From positions 26,734-90,733 of the forward strand of contig CAXBMQ010000019.1 in the NCBI GenBank assembly GCA_963977005.1: DNA of 64,000 bases, in the 5' to 3' direction. Source of the stretch: an uncultured Rhodospirillaceae bacterium. Lineage in GTDB: Bacteria > Pseudomonadota > Alphaproteobacteria > MPNO01 > UBA830. The notes under the pieces were generated by a model, which was not told the DNA's origin, searched no databases, and worked only from the letters and a program-made list of their open reading frames with translations. The translations under genes and the position numbers were made by a program. Below are positions 17,209-26,304 of this stretch, piece after piece; within the stretch, counting starts at the first letter, position 1; the number at the start of each line of letters is the position of its first letter.

Positions 17209-19314
17209 ATGGCAGACGCCCCGCACAGCACAGACCAGACCAGCACAGACACCGCCGACGCCCAGCCCTATCGCGTTCTCGCCCGCAAATACCGGCCGAG
17301 CGATTTTTCGTCGCTGATCGGCCAGGAGGCGATGGTCCAGACCCTGTCCAACGCGATCGCGTCGGGCCGTCTGGCCCATGCGTTCATTCTGACGGGCGTT
17401 CGCGGCGTCGGCAAAACCTCGACCGCGCGCATCATCGCCCGCGCCCTGAACTGCACCGGGCCCGACGGCAGCGGAGAGCCGACGGCCGAGCCCTGCGGCG
17501 TCTGCGAAAACTGCGTCGCTATCGCCGAGGACCGCCATGTCGACGTGATGGAAATGGATGCCGCGAGCCGCACCGGCGTCGACGATATCCGCGAGCTGAT
17601 CGACGGCGTGCTCTACCGCCCGGTCTCGGCGCGCTACAAGATCTACATCATCGACGAAGTGCACATGCTGTCGCGCAACGCGTTCAACGCACTGCTCAAG
17701 ACGCTCGAGGAACCGCCGGAGCATGTGAAATTCATCTTCGCGACCACGGAAATACGCAAGGTGCCGGTTACGGTGCTGTCGCGCTGTCAGCGCTTCGATC
17801 TGCGCCGCGTCAAGTTCGACGTGCTGGTCGATCACTTCGCCCGCATCGCCGAGATCGAGGGCGCGACAATCGCCCGCGGCGCCATCGGGCTGATCGCGCG
17901 CGCCGCCGACGGCTCGGTCCGCGACGGCCTGTCGCTGCTCGACCAGGCGATCGCCCATAGCGGACCCGAAACCGAAATCAACGAAGATATCGTCCGCGAC
18001 ATGCTGGGCGTGGCCGAGCGCGTGCAGGTATTCGACCTGTTCGAGCAGTTGATGAAGGGCGAAATCGCCGCCGCACTGACGCGCTTCGATTCGATGTATC
18101 ACGCCGGGGCCGACCCGGTGACCATCCTGCAGGATCTTGCCGAGCTCACCCACTGGCTGACCCGGCTCAAGGCGGCCCCCGACGCGGCCGAGGCGACGCC
18201 GACATCGGATCTCGATCTCGACCGCGGCCGCGACGTCTCGGGCCGCCTTGCGATGTCGGCCCTCGCGCGGACCTGGCAGATGCTGCTGAAAGGCCTGTCA
18301 GAGGTACGCAACGCGCCATCCGCCGCCCAGGCGGCCGAAATGGTGCTGGTGCGCATCGCCTATACCGCCGAGCTTCCGTCTCCGGCGGAAGCGATCGCGG
18401 CGCTCGACAAGGCGGCGCCCGCTGCTGCCGCCCCGGCCCCCGCCCCCGCGAAATCATCCGCGACGCCTGCCGCGCCGGCACAGCCCGCCGCCGACGCGGT
18501 CGCCGGAGCGCCCGCCGTCGCTGCGGATGCCGCTGCGGATACCGGGGCGATGGCCGACGGCCCGACGGCGCGGTCGCCATCGACGCCGCCCTCCCCATCG
18601 TCATCGGCATCGCCCGCCGCGTCACCGTCAACGCCGCCGTCGGCCCCTGCCGCCGCACCGCCCGTTAACACCCCGGCCCCGTCCGATCCCGCCCCGTCCG
18701 ATCCGGCGCGCGCCGAACGGACGGCGCAGGGCGCGGCCGCAGCGCTCGCCCTTCAGCCGATGCCCGCGGTGGACGACACCTTCGACGGCGCCGATGCCGG
18801 CATCCCGCGCACGTTCGAGGACATGATCGCCCTGTTCTCGGCGAATGGCGAGCCGCTGCTCCATGCCTATCTGGTGAATAACGTTCATCTGGTGAATTAC
18901 GAGATCGGCAAGATTTCGCTGCGTGTGTCCGACGAAGGCCCGCGCGACCTCGCGAAAGACCTGAGCCGCTGCCTCAAGGACTGGACCGGACGCGCGTGGT
19001 TCATCGAGGCAAGCCAGGAAGAGGGTGCGCCGACCCTGCAGCAGCAACGCGATGCCGAGGTAGCGGCCCGTCATGCCGCGGCGGTCGCCCATCCGCTGGT
19101 GCAGATGGCGCTTGAAGCCTTTCCCGGCTCGAAAGTGGCCGAGGTCCGCAGCGTCGCCGATCGCGAGGCGGCGGACGATGCCGCCGCGCTGCCCGCCGAT
19201 CCGGCGATGCCGGGCGTGCCCGACGACCTGGGTTTCGATCCCGAATATTTCGATCCGGACGATTTCGATCCCGACCGGTTCGATCCTGACAATACCGACG
19301 AGGACTACATATGA
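17209..19314 (+). CDS. dnaX: DNA polymerase III subunit tau (gamma/tau)
   Basis: Start reassigned to the ATG at 17209 (MADAPHST...). The ORF-track start at 16945 would run through ffs. AAA+ clamp-loader motifs GVRGVGKTSTARI and the zinc module CTGPDGSGEPTAEPCGVCENC. Pro/Ala-rich linker and an acidic C-terminus. Confidence 0.9.
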   Translation: MADAPHSTDQTSTDTADAQPYRVLARKYRPSDFSSLIGQEAMVQTLSNAIASGRLAHAFILTGVRGVGKTSTARIIARALNCTGPDGSGEPTAEPCGVCENCVAIAEDRHVDVMEMDAASRTGVDDIRELIDGVLYRPVSARYKIYIIDEVHMLSRNAFNALLKTLEEPPEHVKFIFATTEIRKVPVTVLSRCQRFDLRRVKFDVLVDHFARIAEIEGATIARGAIGLIARAADGSVRDGLSLLDQAIAHSGPETEINEDIVRDMLGVAERVQVFDLFEQLMKGEIAAALTRFDSMYHAGADPVTILQDLAELTHWLTRLKAAPDAAEATPTSDLDLDRGRDVSGRLAMSALARTWQMLLKGLSEVRNAPSAAQAAEMVLVRIAYTAELPSPAEAIAALDKAAPAAAAPAPAPAKSSATPAAPAQPAADAVAGAPAVAADAAADTGAMADGPTARSPSTPPSPSSSASPAASPSTPPSAPAAAPPVNTPAPSDPAPSDPARAERTAQGAAAALALQPMPAVDDTFDGADAGIPRTFEDMIALFSANGEPLLHAYLVNNVHLVNYEIGKISLRVSDEGPRDLAKDLSRCLKDWTGRAWFIEASQEEGAPTLQQQRDAEVAARHAAAVAHPLVQMALEAFPGSKVAEVRSVADREAADDAAALPADPAMPGVPDDLGFDPEYFDPDDFDPDRFDPDNTDEDYI

Positions 19315-19634
19315 AAAATTTCGGCAACCTGATGAAACAAGCGCAGGAAATGCAGACGAAAATGCAGGAAATGCAGGACCGTCTCGCCGAAGTCGATGTG
19401 ACCGGCGCCGCCGGCGGCGGCATGGTAACCGTCACCATGAACGCCAAGAGCGAAATGAAAGCCGTGAAGATAGACCCCTCGCTGTTCAGCGCCGAGGATG
19501 CCGAGGTCGTCGAAGACCTGATCGTCGCCGCCTGCAACGATGCCAAGACCAAGGCAGAAACCACAATGCAGGAAGAAATGGCCAAGATCACCGGCGGGCT
19601 GAACCTGCCGCCGGGCATGAAGCTGCCTTTCTGA
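19311..19634 (+). CDS. ybaB: Nucleoid-associated protein YbaB/EbfC
   Basis: 107 aa, [22 protein letters not shown]... Conserved position between dnaX and recR. Confidence 0.9.
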   Translation: MKNFGNLMKQAQEMQTKMQEMQDRLAEVDVTGAAGGGMVTVTMNAKSEMKAVKIDPSLFSAEDAEVVEDLIVAACNDAKTKAETTMQEEMAKITGGLNLPPGMKLPF

Positions 19635-19650
19635 TACCGGTCCGTCACCG

Positions 19651-20262
19651 GTGTCTTCTCCCGAAATAGAACGTCTCGTCCAGCTCCTGGCGAAGCTCCC
19701 CGGCCTCGGCCCGCGCTCGGCGCGCCGCGCCGCGCTGCATCTGATCAAGCGCAAGGACATCCTGCTCGAGCCGCTCGCCGCGGCCATGGCGCAGGCGGCG
19801 CAGTCTGTGCGGACCTGCGGCATCTGCGGCAATCTGGATGCAACCGATCCCTGCGGTATCTGCGCCGACGACCGGCGTGACCGCTCGGTGATCTGCATCG
19901 TCGAGGACGTCGCCGATCTCTGGGCGCTGGAACGCACGGCGACCTTCAAGGGGGCGTATCATGTCGTCGGCGGCACGCTGTCGGCGCTCGACGGCCGCGG
20001 CCCCGAAGATCTCAATATCCCGTCGCTGCTGGCCCGGGTCGCCGCCGGCGGAATTTCCGAGGTGATCCTCGCAACGTCGGCGACGGTCGAGGGGCAGACC
20101 ACCGCGCATTACATTTCCGACCGGCTGGAGGATATCGGCGCCGAGCGCGGCGAGGGGCCGCATATCACGCGGCTCGCGCACGGGGTGCCGGTGGGCGGCG
20201 AACTCGATTATCTCGATGACGGCACCCTGTCGGCGGCGCTCAAGGCGCGCCGGCCGGTCTGA
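19651..20262 (+). CDS. recR: Recombination protein RecR
   Basis: GTG start. Helix-hairpin-helix ([16 protein letters not shown]), C4 zinc finger ([16 protein letters not shown]) and Toprim domain. Confidence 0.9.
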   Translation: MSSPEIERLVQLLAKLPGLGPRSARRAALHLIKRKDILLEPLAAAMAQAAQSVRTCGICGNLDATDPCGICADDRRDRSVICIVEDVADLWALERTATFKGAYHVVGGTLSALDGRGPEDLNIPSLLARVAAGGISEVILATSATVEGQTTAHYISDRLEDIGAERGEGPHITRLAHGVPVGGELDYLDDGTLSAALKARRPV

Positions 20263-20376
20263 CGCCGGAAAAGTCTCTTTAAATCAATCGGTTGGAACGA
20301 AATATCCGCCGAATTAAGCGCTCTTTAGGAACTGCGGGTCCATAGTCGTCGCCCGGCGAAGCGAATTTCCAGGCAG

Positions 20377-20898
20377 ATGAACCAGATTCAGAAAATCGAA
20401 CCGGCGACGGAAGACCGGTGGGCGGACAGGCTACAGGGCACCAATATCAACCCTGTCACCCTGCTTGCGACCGATTATCTGAATCATTTCAATGAAGTGA
20501 TCATGCTGATCGAAATGGTCGCCGATATGCCGGACATGATCGAGGACGTCCTCGCATGGGCGCCGAAAACCTATCCCCAGCATTTCGCCGATAGCGGATT
20601 CAAGGACAAGGATCTCGCGATCGAGGCGTACGAAGCGGCGCCCGAAGACCTGAAAGCCCAGTTCGATGCGCTGGTCGCCTGCCTGGACGGCAATATTTCC
20701 AAGACCCAGCAGCGGTTGACGGCAGTCGATCCGGAGGCGCCGGACGAAACCCTGGGCGAAGAGATCCGGGTCTCGGTCGACAAGTTCCACCGGCTTGTCG
20801 AAATGATCAGCAGCGTCGTCAATGGCAGCACCGTCAAATCCACCCCGGACGAAGCGGCCGCCCCCAGCGCCCAGGATGAAATCGACGCGATGTTCTAG
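20377..20898 (+). CDS. Hypothetical acidic protein
   Basis: 173-aa ORF with coding-like codon usage. No recognizable motifs. Confidence 0.45.
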   Translation: MNQIQKIEPATEDRWADRLQGTNINPVTLLATDYLNHFNEVIMLIEMVADMPDMIEDVLAWAPKTYPQHFADSGFKDKDLAIEAYEAAPEDLKAQFDALVACLDGNISKTQQRLTAVDPEAPDETLGEEIRVSVDKFHRLVEMISSVVNGSTVKSTPDEAAAPSAQDEIDAMF

Positions 20899-21021
20899 GC
20901 GTTCGCCGACGCTGTGTTCCGAGCGTCTGCCGACGGGGTGTTCTCGGTGGGAGGGGGCTCACTAGCTGTTTCCCCAAAACATATTTCATCCAAGCCCTGT
21001 GCCGGGACGATACCCTCACAA

Positions 21022-21109
21022 CTATTTCCTCGCCCTTGTGGCGAGGATCCACGGTGACAGCAAGTCTGGTTCAAAAGTGGACCCTCGCCACAAGGGTGAC
21101 GGAATAAAG
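21022..21109 (+). repeat. Structured intergenic repeat element, copy 1: hairpin, TCCAC, spacer with GGTTCAA, GTGGA, hairpin, GGAATAAAG
   Basis: Hairpin TCCTCGCC-cttgt-GGCGAGGA, then TCCAC, a 24-nt spacer and GTGGA, then the hairpin CCCTCGCC-acaag-GGTGACGG (7 of 8 pairs) and GGAATAAAG. Same architecture as the copy at 24814..24899. Lies between convergent genes. Confidence 0.5.
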
Positions 21110-21182
21110 TGTGAGGCCGGTTATCGGCGGGACCTCTTTGGAGATGATGGACGGCTGTTTTTCAACGGCCTTCCTCCCGCCG

Positions 21183-22421
21183 TTACGCGTCTTCCAGCGT
21201 CACTTCGGCGTTGCGGCGCATGGCGGCGATCATCGAGGCGCCGAGCAGGAAATTCCGCGCCTTGACCGGGTCGGCCGCCATGTCGCGCAGGTTCTGCATG
21301 TTGGCCGCCCGTGCCTCCGGCTCGGTGGCTTCCAGCCGTTTCTTGTTGGCGATGGTCTGCTCCTGGACGAAATCGACCGCGTAGGTCCGCCGCTGCTTGT
21401 CGTACAGGTCCATCAGGCGTTCGTCCTCGCCGTCGACGATGACCGCCGCCAGCTTGTCCGTCAGGTTGACCGCATCCTGGATGCCGCCGTTCAGCCCCAT
21501 GCCGCCTATCGAATTGTTCACATGCGCCGAATCGCCGGCCAGCAGTACCCGGCCGAGGCGGAACGTCGCCGCCACGCGCTGGTGCACGTTGTAGAGATTG
21601 CGGTGGACGATGTCGTAATCGGCGTCGCGCTTGAAGAACTTCTGCATCTTTTCCTGGACGAATTCGTCGGACAGCAGGTCTGCCTCGTCCGCTTCCGGGT
21701 CGGCGGGGAAGACAAGCCGCCACAGGCCGGGTGGGCCGTCGGCGGCGACCTTGAAGCAGTTGCACCACTCTTCCGGGTCGGCGATGTAATTGCGGAACGA
21801 CATGCCGCGCTCCGCCTGGAAATCGAACGGGGTCGACAGCACCAGGAATCGTTCCGGCCAGGTGAATCCCTCGAACGCGATCCCGGCGGATTTCCGCACA
21901 ACGCTGCGTCCGCCATCGGCGCCGATCAGCCAGTCGCCCTCGAATGTCTTTTCGCCGTCCGGCGTGGTCGCGGTGACGGTCACGCCGTCGGGGGTGTGGT
22001 CGATGGCGGTGACGTCATGGTCGAACAGCACCGTGGCTGTCGCCTCACCCCGCAGTTTTGCGAGGAAGATTTTCGCCAGCTTGAACTGCTCGCACTGGAC
22101 GACGAAGGGGAATTTGGTGTCGTCCGAGAGGGCGGCATGGTCGAACGTCGCGATTTTCTCGCCCGTCGGGCGGTCCCAGAATTCGAATTCCTCGGCGACC
22201 AGCCCCTGTTCGATGACCTGGTCGATCACGCCGAGCCCGTCCAGCACCTCCAGCGTTGCCGGGTGCGTCGTCGCCGCCCGCGGATCGTCCTGCAGCTCGC
22301 TGTTCTGGTCCAGAACGGTGACGGTGACGCCGCGCCGGGCCAGCGCATAGGCGCAGATAAGGCCGACCGGTCCGCCGCCTGCGATGACAACCTGGCTTCT
22401 GCTCATGACGGGAAACTCCAA
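21183..22421 (-). CDS. FAD-dependent aromatic-ring monooxygenase (UbiH / salicylate hydroxylase family)
   Basis: 412 aa. N-terminal FAD fold VVIAGGGPVGLICAYALARRG, DG motif, and the C-terminal FAD-binding GRVLLAGDSAH. Confidence 0.8.
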   Translation of the reverse strand: MEFPVMSRSQVVIAGGGPVGLICAYALARRGVTVTVLDQNSELQDDPRAATTHPATLEVLDGLGVIDQVIEQGLVAEEFEFWDRPTGEKIATFDHAALSDDTKFPFVVQCEQFKLAKIFLAKLRGEATATVLFDHDVTAIDHTPDGVTVTATTPDGEKTFEGDWLIGADGGRSVVRKSAGIAFEGFTWPERFLVLSTPFDFQAERGMSFRNYIADPEEWCNCFKVAADGPPGLWRLVFPADPEADEADLLSDEFVQEKMQKFFKRDADYDIVHRNLYNVHQRVAATFRLGRVLLAGDSAHVNNSIGGMGLNGGIQDAVNLTDKLAAVIVDGEDERLMDLYDKQRRTYAVDFVQEQTIANKKRLEATEPEARAANMQNLRDMAADPVKARNFLLGASMIAAMRRNAEVTLEDA

Positions 22422-22476
22422 TTCCTGATGGGTGATATTGCTGACTGGAGCGGCAACCTATAAAGAAAATATACGT

Positions 22477-22499
22477 TAGTCAACTAAGGTAGTTGACTA
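22477..22499. promoter_or_regulatory. Perfect 10-bp inverted repeat TAGTCAACTA-agg-TAGTTGACTA, a candidate MarR operator
   Basis: Seen directly in the sequence. It overlaps the marR start codon, lies in the 77-bp divergent spacer to the FAD monooxygenase gene, and sits in an AT-rich context. Confidence 0.55.
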
Positions 22500-23035
22500 T
22501 GATAACGGCGCATGGTCCATTGACCGTCCTTCTACCGGGACTTGTCCGACATATGACGCAAAGCCGCACAGTCAAAGCGCGCGACAAGCGGGACGATCGT
22601 GACGATCGCGCCCGGCACGACTATTTCGCCGAAGTCGCCGAGGCGCGTTACGTGCTGCGCCGGGTGTTCCGCATTGCCGAAGAACAGGCCCGCGAGTCCG
22701 GGCTCGATCCGCTGGCCCATCAGGCGCTGATCCAGATCTACGGCAGCCCCGACCGGCGCCTGCGGGTGAACCAGTTGGCCGACAGGCTGGATATCACGCC
22801 GGCTTTTGCCTCAAGTCTTCTGAAATCGCTCGACGCCGACGGCATGATCGCGCGCCGGCGCGACGATGCCGATCACCGTGTGACCTGGGTAACGGTTACG
22901 GAACGGGCGGTCGAGAAGCTCGTCGCGATAGATGCTGCGGTGGGCTTCCACGTCGAATACTTCGCCGCCCAGATCCCGGCGAAAGACCGCAAACGCGCGC
23001 TGGCGACGCTGAAATTCTATGTCGGGCTGGGGTAG
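22499..23035 (+). CDS. MarR family transcriptional regulator
   Basis: wHTH region LRVNQLADRLDITPAFASSLLKSLDADGMIARRRDDADHRVTWVTVTERA. Start ambiguous: TTG at 22493, ATG at 22499, or a later ATG. Confidence 0.8.
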   Translation: MITAHGPLTVLLPGLVRHMTQSRTVKARDKRDDRDDRARHDYFAEVAEARYVLRRVFRIAEEQARESGLDPLAHQALIQIYGSPDRRLRVNQLADRLDITPAFASSLLKSLDADGMIARRRDDADHRVTWVTVTERAVEKLVAIDAAVGFHVEYFAAQIPAKDRKRALATLKFYVGLG

Positions 23036-23170
23036 CGACCGGGGCCGCAGCGACGCCTGACAGAGCGGTTTCGGCCGTCCGGCGGTTAAGCTTTTCTTAT
23101 GTATCGCAGGCTAATCTGGTCGCCTGCGATCCGGACGAAACCCTTACCTCAACCGATTTGGCGATGCGTT

Positions 23171-24526
23171 ATGACTGTCATGCTCCCTGTTCAGCCCGAA
23201 CCCGATAATGCGACAACCCCCGACCGGGATAATTCGGTCGCCGATGCGCTTGATCTGCTCGCGGAAGGACGGTTCGAAGACGTCCCCGCCTCCACGGGCG
23301 GTCTGCTGGGCCGGGTCCGCGATATCGGCGTGGGCCTGCAGGGCCGTTTCCGCGATAATCTGCGCCACATGGTCGCCATGTCGATCAAGCTCAACGAGGC
23401 CGTCGTGGTATCTGCGGCGATGATCCGCGATACCCGCGAGGTCGACCAGGGCACGCAATCCATGGCGGCGGCGACCGAAGAACTCGTCGCATCGGTACGG
23501 GAAATTTCGACGAATACCCGCGATGCGGCCGAGCAGGCGACGGCGGCCCGCGCGACGTCGGACCGGGTGACGAAGGCATCCGAGCAGGCGGTCGCGTCGA
23601 TGGAACAGATTTCCAGCGCCGTCGGCGACGCCGCGGCCAAGGTCGGGGTCCTCTCGGAGGCGTCCGACCAGATCGGCGAAATCATCGGCCAGATCGACGT
23701 GATCGCCAAGCAGACCAATCTGCTTGCGCTCAATGCGACGATCGAGGCGGCCCGGGCAGGCGATGCCGGCAAGGGATTCGCGGTTGTCGCTTCCGAGGTA
23801 AAGAACCTGTCGAACCAGACATCTCAGGCGACCGACGATATCCGGCAGCGCATCGAAACGCTGCAGAACGAGATGCGCGAAATCGTCGAGTCCATGGAAC
23901 AGGGCGCCGGCGCCGTCGAAGCGGGCCGTACCACGATCGCGGAGGCCGGTGAGGCGATGCGCGAACTGTCCGGCCAGGTGGTCACGATTTCCGACAAGAT
24001 GGACGACGTCGCGGGGATTCTCGATCAGCAGACCGAGGCCAGCAACGAGGTGTCGTCCGGTATCGCGAAAATCGCGGGCATGACGGCGGACAATGTCGGC
24101 CAGATCGAATCGATCGTCGATCATCTCGCCGGGGTCGATGAAGAGCTGACAGCGACCCTCGACGAAACGATGACACAGCAGATTCCGGACATGACAATCT
24201 ACCGGGCCAAATCGGACCACGTGATCTGGAAAAAGAAACTCGCCGAGATGGTTGTCGGCCGTGCGCGGCTGGAACCCGACGAACTGGCCGATCATCATAC
24301 CTGCCGCCTCGGCAAATGGTACGACGCGATCGACGATGCCGAGATCACGGAACATCCGGCCTATAAGACCCTTGCCGAGCCACATCGCGCGGTGCACGCA
24401 CACGGCATCGAAGCCGCCCGCAAATACAATGCCGGCGATCTCGCCGGCGCCACCGAGGAAATCGCGGCGGTCGAGCGCTATTCCGTCGACGTCCTGCGGT
24501 GTCTCGACGAGTTGCTCGACCGCTAG
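23171..24526 (+). CDS. Soluble methyl-accepting chemotaxis protein with a C-terminal CZB (chemoreceptor zinc-binding) domain
   Basis: Start placed at MTVMLPVQ. No transmembrane or HAMP region. Highly conserved MCP signalling core [38 protein letters not shown]-terminal CZB motif H...[10 protein letters not shown]...H...H. Confidence 0.8.
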   Translation: MTVMLPVQPEPDNATTPDRDNSVADALDLLAEGRFEDVPASTGGLLGRVRDIGVGLQGRFRDNLRHMVAMSIKLNEAVVVSAAMIRDTREVDQGTQSMAAATEELVASVREISTNTRDAAEQATAARATSDRVTKASEQAVASMEQISSAVGDAAAKVGVLSEASDQIGEIIGQIDVIAKQTNLLALNATIEAARAGDAGKGFAVVASEVKNLSNQTSQATDDIRQRIETLQNEMREIVESMEQGAGAVEAGRTTIAEAGEAMRELSGQVVTISDKMDDVAGILDQQTEASNEVSSGIAKIAGMTADNVGQIESIVDHLAGVDEELTATLDETMTQQIPDMTIYRAKSDHVIWKKKLAEMVVGRARLEPDELADHHTCRLGKWYDAIDDAEITEHPAYKTLAEPHRAVHAHGIEAARKYNAGDLAGATEEIAAVERYSVDVLRCLDELLDR

Positions 24527-24540
24527 TCCGGCAGCCTAAA

Positions 24541-24776
24541 CCGGCGACTGCGGATGAAACAGCCGGCCGACAGGCGGGATATCGCTAAAGTCTCCTGAAA
24601 CGGCGCAACGCCGGTCACCGCCTGACCCGGGGGCCGGCAACGGAGCGGGCGGTCGGGAAACCCGTCGCGACAGATGCTGCGGCCGGCTTCCACGTCGACT
24701 ACTTCGCCGCACAAATCCCGGCCAAGGACCGCAAGCGGGCGCTCGCAATCCTGAAGTTTTATGTGGGCTGGGGTAG
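24541..24776 (+). pseudogene. Decayed, frameshifted duplicate of the 3' two-thirds of the marR gene at 22499..23035
   Basis: About 70% identical to 22754..23035 by DNA alignment. It includes the shared ending ...TTCCACGTCGA[AC]TACTTCGCCGC...GGGCTGGGGTAG. Internal deletions total 47 nt (not a multiple of 3), and there is no 5' portion. Confidence 0.6.
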
Positions 24777-24813
24777 GCGTTAGGCACAGGGGGAGAGCTT
24801 CTCTCTTCACTTA

Positions 24814-24899
24814 CCCCCCCGGTTTTATACCGGGGGTCCACGCGTCCAGCGGTTCAATGTTTGGCATGGACCCTCGGTACAGGACCGAGGGAATAGAAG
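24814..24899 (+). repeat. Structured intergenic repeat element, copy 2
   Basis: Hairpin CCCCCGG-ttttata-CCGGGGG, then TCCAC, a 25-nt spacer containing GGTTCAA, then TGGA, then the hairpin CCCTCGGT-acagg-ACCGAGGG (8 of 8 pairs) and GGAATAGAAG. Both stems show compensatory substitutions relative to copy 1. Confidence 0.5.
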
Positions 24900-24949
24900 C
24901 GGGGAGCACCGGCTCCTCGGTGGATGACCGACTTGCCACAGCTATTCAA

Positions 24950-25026
24950 CACCAAGGCACCAAGAACGCGAAGTTCACCAAGGAGAAATTACTCTCCGCG
25001 ATCTTGGCGCTCTTGGTGACTTGGTG
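24950..25026. repeat. Long imperfect inverted repeat built from triplicated heptamers: CACCAAG x3 on the left arm and CTTGG(C/T)G x3 on the right arm, with a 29-nt loop that contains its own GGAGA/TCTCC hairpin
   Basis: Left arm CACCAAGGCACCAAGAACGCGAAG. Right arm CTTGGCGCTCTTGGTGACTTGGTG. The arms are complementary at 21 of 24 positions. Located just 3' of the DUF3500 gene. Confidence 0.4.
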
Positions 25027-25068
25027 GTCAATGGCAAAGCTGGCTATGCGCCTGCCGTACGAAAACCC

Positions 25069-26304
25069 TCACCCGTGGTGATGATGATCGCCCGCGTTCT
25101 CGTAGTGCAGCCGTAACAGATCGATGCCGTAATCGTTGCCGTTGGGCGTGCGCACAATGGTGTGGACGTGGAACTTGGCGGGTTCGTCATTGGTCAGGAA
25201 CACGCCGGCGTGGTGGTCGAACTCGATGAACGTCACCGGGCTCTGGATGCGGTAATAGAACGCGTCGTCTTCCGACGTGCCGCCGATCCAGCAGAAATGG
25301 GTGTCCGCCAGATGACGCTCGACGTCTTCCATCCGGGCCGCGCGCGGGCCGTCGGGCAGGGTGACGAGATAGGCGTCCACGAGGTCCAGCAGGTCGCGCT
25401 GCTGCGCCTTTGTCATGGTGTCGGCGCGCAGGCCTTCATACGGCACGATGCGGTTGTCCTGATAGGCGCCGCCGAGATGCAGGTTGTCGGCGAAATGCCG
25501 GCGGCCCTCGGGCAGGTCGCCGCCCATCATCGAATGGGCGACGATGGCGGCGTCTTTCTGGCCGTTGTCGAGGCCGCGCATCAGTGCCAGCCCGCCGCGT
25601 TCCTCGTCCTCGAACAGGCGGATGCCGTCATAGCGGCCCTGGTCGCCATAGGCCGGCTCGGCCCCCATGAAGGCAGGCGTCAGCACCATCTGGTCGCCGA
25701 TCATCAGGCAGTTCAGGCACAAATGATGGCCGAATAGCTGCCAGCCCCAGGGTTTGGTCGCGGACGGCTCGCCGAACAGGCAGAAGATGTAGCTCCATTC
25801 GCCGAGCACCAGCGGCGCGCCGATCAGCTCGCCGAGGAACCCGTTGAGGCGCATCACGTCGCGCGACATCTCGTAGCCGCGCGCGCTCAGGCTGGCGCGC
25901 ACCACGTCCATCACGGTTTCGCGCAAATCCATGGGGTGTTCGTCCAGCCGCAACCCGTGGGTCTCGACATACAGTTCGGTGTTCTGCCAGTTGCGCCACT
26001 GGTCGCTGTCGACCGGGAAATGCATCGCCGCTTTCTGGTCCGGGGTGAGGGCGGCCATCAGAACGGCGACCGCGTCGACCACGGCGGCGGTCGGCGCGCC
26101 TTCGGGCTTCAGCGCGAACAGGCCGGGCGTCACCGTGCCGTTCGCGGTCAGCCCGCGTAACGGTTTCTCGAACAATGCGCGCCACGCGGCGAACAGGCCC
26201 TGCGGGCGTTCGCCCTGCATGCGCGTCTCGGTGTGACCGCGCGCCGTAGTGGTCGGATCGCGTTTCTCGCGCGGCAGGTAGGGACGGTAATCGGGGAGGT
26301 TCAT
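25069..26304 (-). CDS. DUF3500 domain-containing protein (hypothetical)
   Basis: 411 aa. The ending ...LLRLHYENAGDHHHHG and overall composition are typical of DUF3500-family proteins. Function unknown. Confidence 0.7.
   Translation of the reverse strand: MNLPDYRPYLPREKRDPTTTARGHTETRMQGERPQGLFAAWRALFEKPLRGLTANGTVTPGLFALKPEGAPTAAVVDAVAVLMAALTPDQKAAMHFPVDSDQWRNWQNTELYVETHGLRLDEHPMDLRETVMDVVRASLSARGYEMSRDVMRLNGFLGELIGAPLVLGEWSYIFCLFGEPSATKPWGWQLFGHHLCLNCLMIGDQMVLTPAFMGAEPAYGDQGRYDGIRLFEDEERGGLALMRGLDNGQKDAAIVAHSMMGGDLPEGRRHFADNLHLGGAYQDNRIVPYEGLRADTMTKAQQRDLLDLVDAYLVTLPDGPRAARMEDVERHLADTHFCWIGGTSEDDAFYYRIQSPVTFIEFDHHAGVFLTNDEPAKFHVHTIVRTPNGNDYGIDLLRLHYENAGDHHHHG

Noticed and set aside
20999-21265. 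Small ORFs starting MDPRHKG / MDPRYRTEG / MDPRYKTGG (also 20834-21052, 24536-24841 and 24761-25081)
   Set aside because: These are translations across the two copies of the structured repeat. The apparent conserved peptide is a DNA-repeat artifact.
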